From Podarcis liolepis (Eukaryota): a stretch of DNA of 64,000 bases. Positions 62,900 through 64,000 of this stretch are shown piece after piece. The notes under the pieces were generated by a model. That model ran no database searches. It saw only the letters and a program-made list of their open reading frames with translations, and had not been told where the DNA came from. Positions within the stretch are counted from its first letter, which is position 1. Each line of letters begins with the position of its first letter. Location of the stretch: the NCBI GenBank assembly GCA_965112155.1, contig OZ218098.1. The stretch is one strand, 5' to 3'. The translations under genes and the position numbers were made by a program.

Positions 62900-63850
62900 T
62901 TATGAAATAAACGGAAAAAATGCGGTCTTGAGAGAGGAATTTGAGCCACCCATGCGTTTCAAAGCAAGAGGAACTCTACCCTCTGCTCTCTCCCCCTCAC
63001 ACACCAAGTTCGAGCTCACTCCCTCGGAGATCAAAACAACATTCACCTTCGTGGGCCTCGTGCCTTCTTCTCCCCGCGCCGCCCTTTGCAAGCCTGACCC
63101 CAACCGAGGGGCCCCTTTCGGCGCTCCTGCACCGCCCACCCTCCTCCTCCTCCTCGAAGCAAAAGGCATCTCGGGCTCCCAAGACCTGCGCAAAGAGGAA
63201 GAGAAGTCTCCCATCCCTCGCACTCTCACCGAAGCCGCTTTCACTAACTTTGCGGGCCTCGCGCGCCCACATTTGCTCCCCTCCTCCTCTCTCAACTCCA
63301 GGAAGATTCAAACCCGCCCAAACCACCTTGCAAAAGCAAGCCCGCTTTCCTTGCTCCCGGCTTCAAGGCCAGAGCGCGAGGGTTGCCTTTGTTGCCGCTC
63401 CAGGTGGATGGATTCCCGCCGCCGCCCGCCTCCCCTCCCCTCTTTCTGGCCACTTCCTTGCTTTCCTTCCCTTACACGCAAGCAACCTCGTGCGCGCAGG
63501 ATCCAACAAACCCCCGGGCCCCAGAGCCGGCGCAGACCTTTTTCCTCGCGATGACGGTGGTCTTCTCTGTTCTCGGCGAGAATCCGTTTCCAGACAGCGC
63601 GGCGAGCGAGAATGCAAAGCAAGCCGCTACTACTCCGCAGACCCCTCCCAGTTCTCGGCCCCTGCGGCTAATGGAATATTTTTAACTGTTTGAATAAACT
63701 CTGATCTTTCTCTGCGACGAGTCTGGGACGCCTAGCGGGAGAAGGCGATCATTGCCGTTCAGTTAGGCGGGGCAGAGAAAGTTTGAATCCTAGTCCTCAA
63801 TCAGGACTAGGATTGTAGGAGCGACGATTCTGAATGGAGGCGGATTATTC
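62900..63850 (-). promoter_or_regulatory. CpG island, likely CD151 promoter and non-coding first exon
   Basis: Abrupt rise in GC and CpG content; GC box GGCGGGGC at 63766-63773; candidate minus-strand donor TCG|gtgaga at 63230/63229. It lies upstream of the acceptor-bearing ATG exon. TSS not determinable. Confidence 0.7.
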
Positions 63851-64000
63851 CTATACTGGATTCCCCAAGGGCGTGGCCATGTCGATTATTTTTTAAATTG
63901 CTTTCTAAACCCATCTCTTTAGGGTGCATATACCCTCCCAAGGTGAGTTACAGCAACTCACATGAAACACAACATTTAAATTCTAAGATTTAAAATAGCA

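Noticed and set aside
62900-63693. Long overlapping ORFs of 208 and 250 aa on +, and several on -
   Set aside because: P/R/S/A-rich low-complexity translations expected from stop-poor CpG-island DNA; no recognisable domain

Overview
Vertebrate genomic DNA, not prokaryotic. The repeat content (L1, CR1, L2, tRNA-derived SINEs, Penelope-like remnants, many hAT, Harbinger and pogo MITEs) suggests a squamate reptile, probably a lacertid lizard; this is an inference. The only protein-coding gene I can support is the tetraspanin CD151 on the minus strand. It has 7 coding exons (43639 to 26686), all with GT-AG junctions, giving 759 nt (252 aa plus stop). A probable poly(A) signal lies at 24164-24169 and a CpG-island promoter at about 62.9-63.85 kb. 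The rest is intronic or intergenic sequence dense in transposon relics, and nearly all ORF-track entries are spurious. I found no convincing new biological system. The best leads are: (1) two Penelope-like inverted-repeat insertions carrying degenerate hammerhead-ribozyme cores, sense to the CD151 pre-mRNA; (2) an orphan 35-nt micro-exon with consensus splice signals on the + strand; (3) young MITEs carrying NRF1, ETS or BANP-type motifs into CD151 introns; (4) a near-consensus CTCF site beyond the 3' end; (5) small changes in the CD151 large extracellular loop relative to human.
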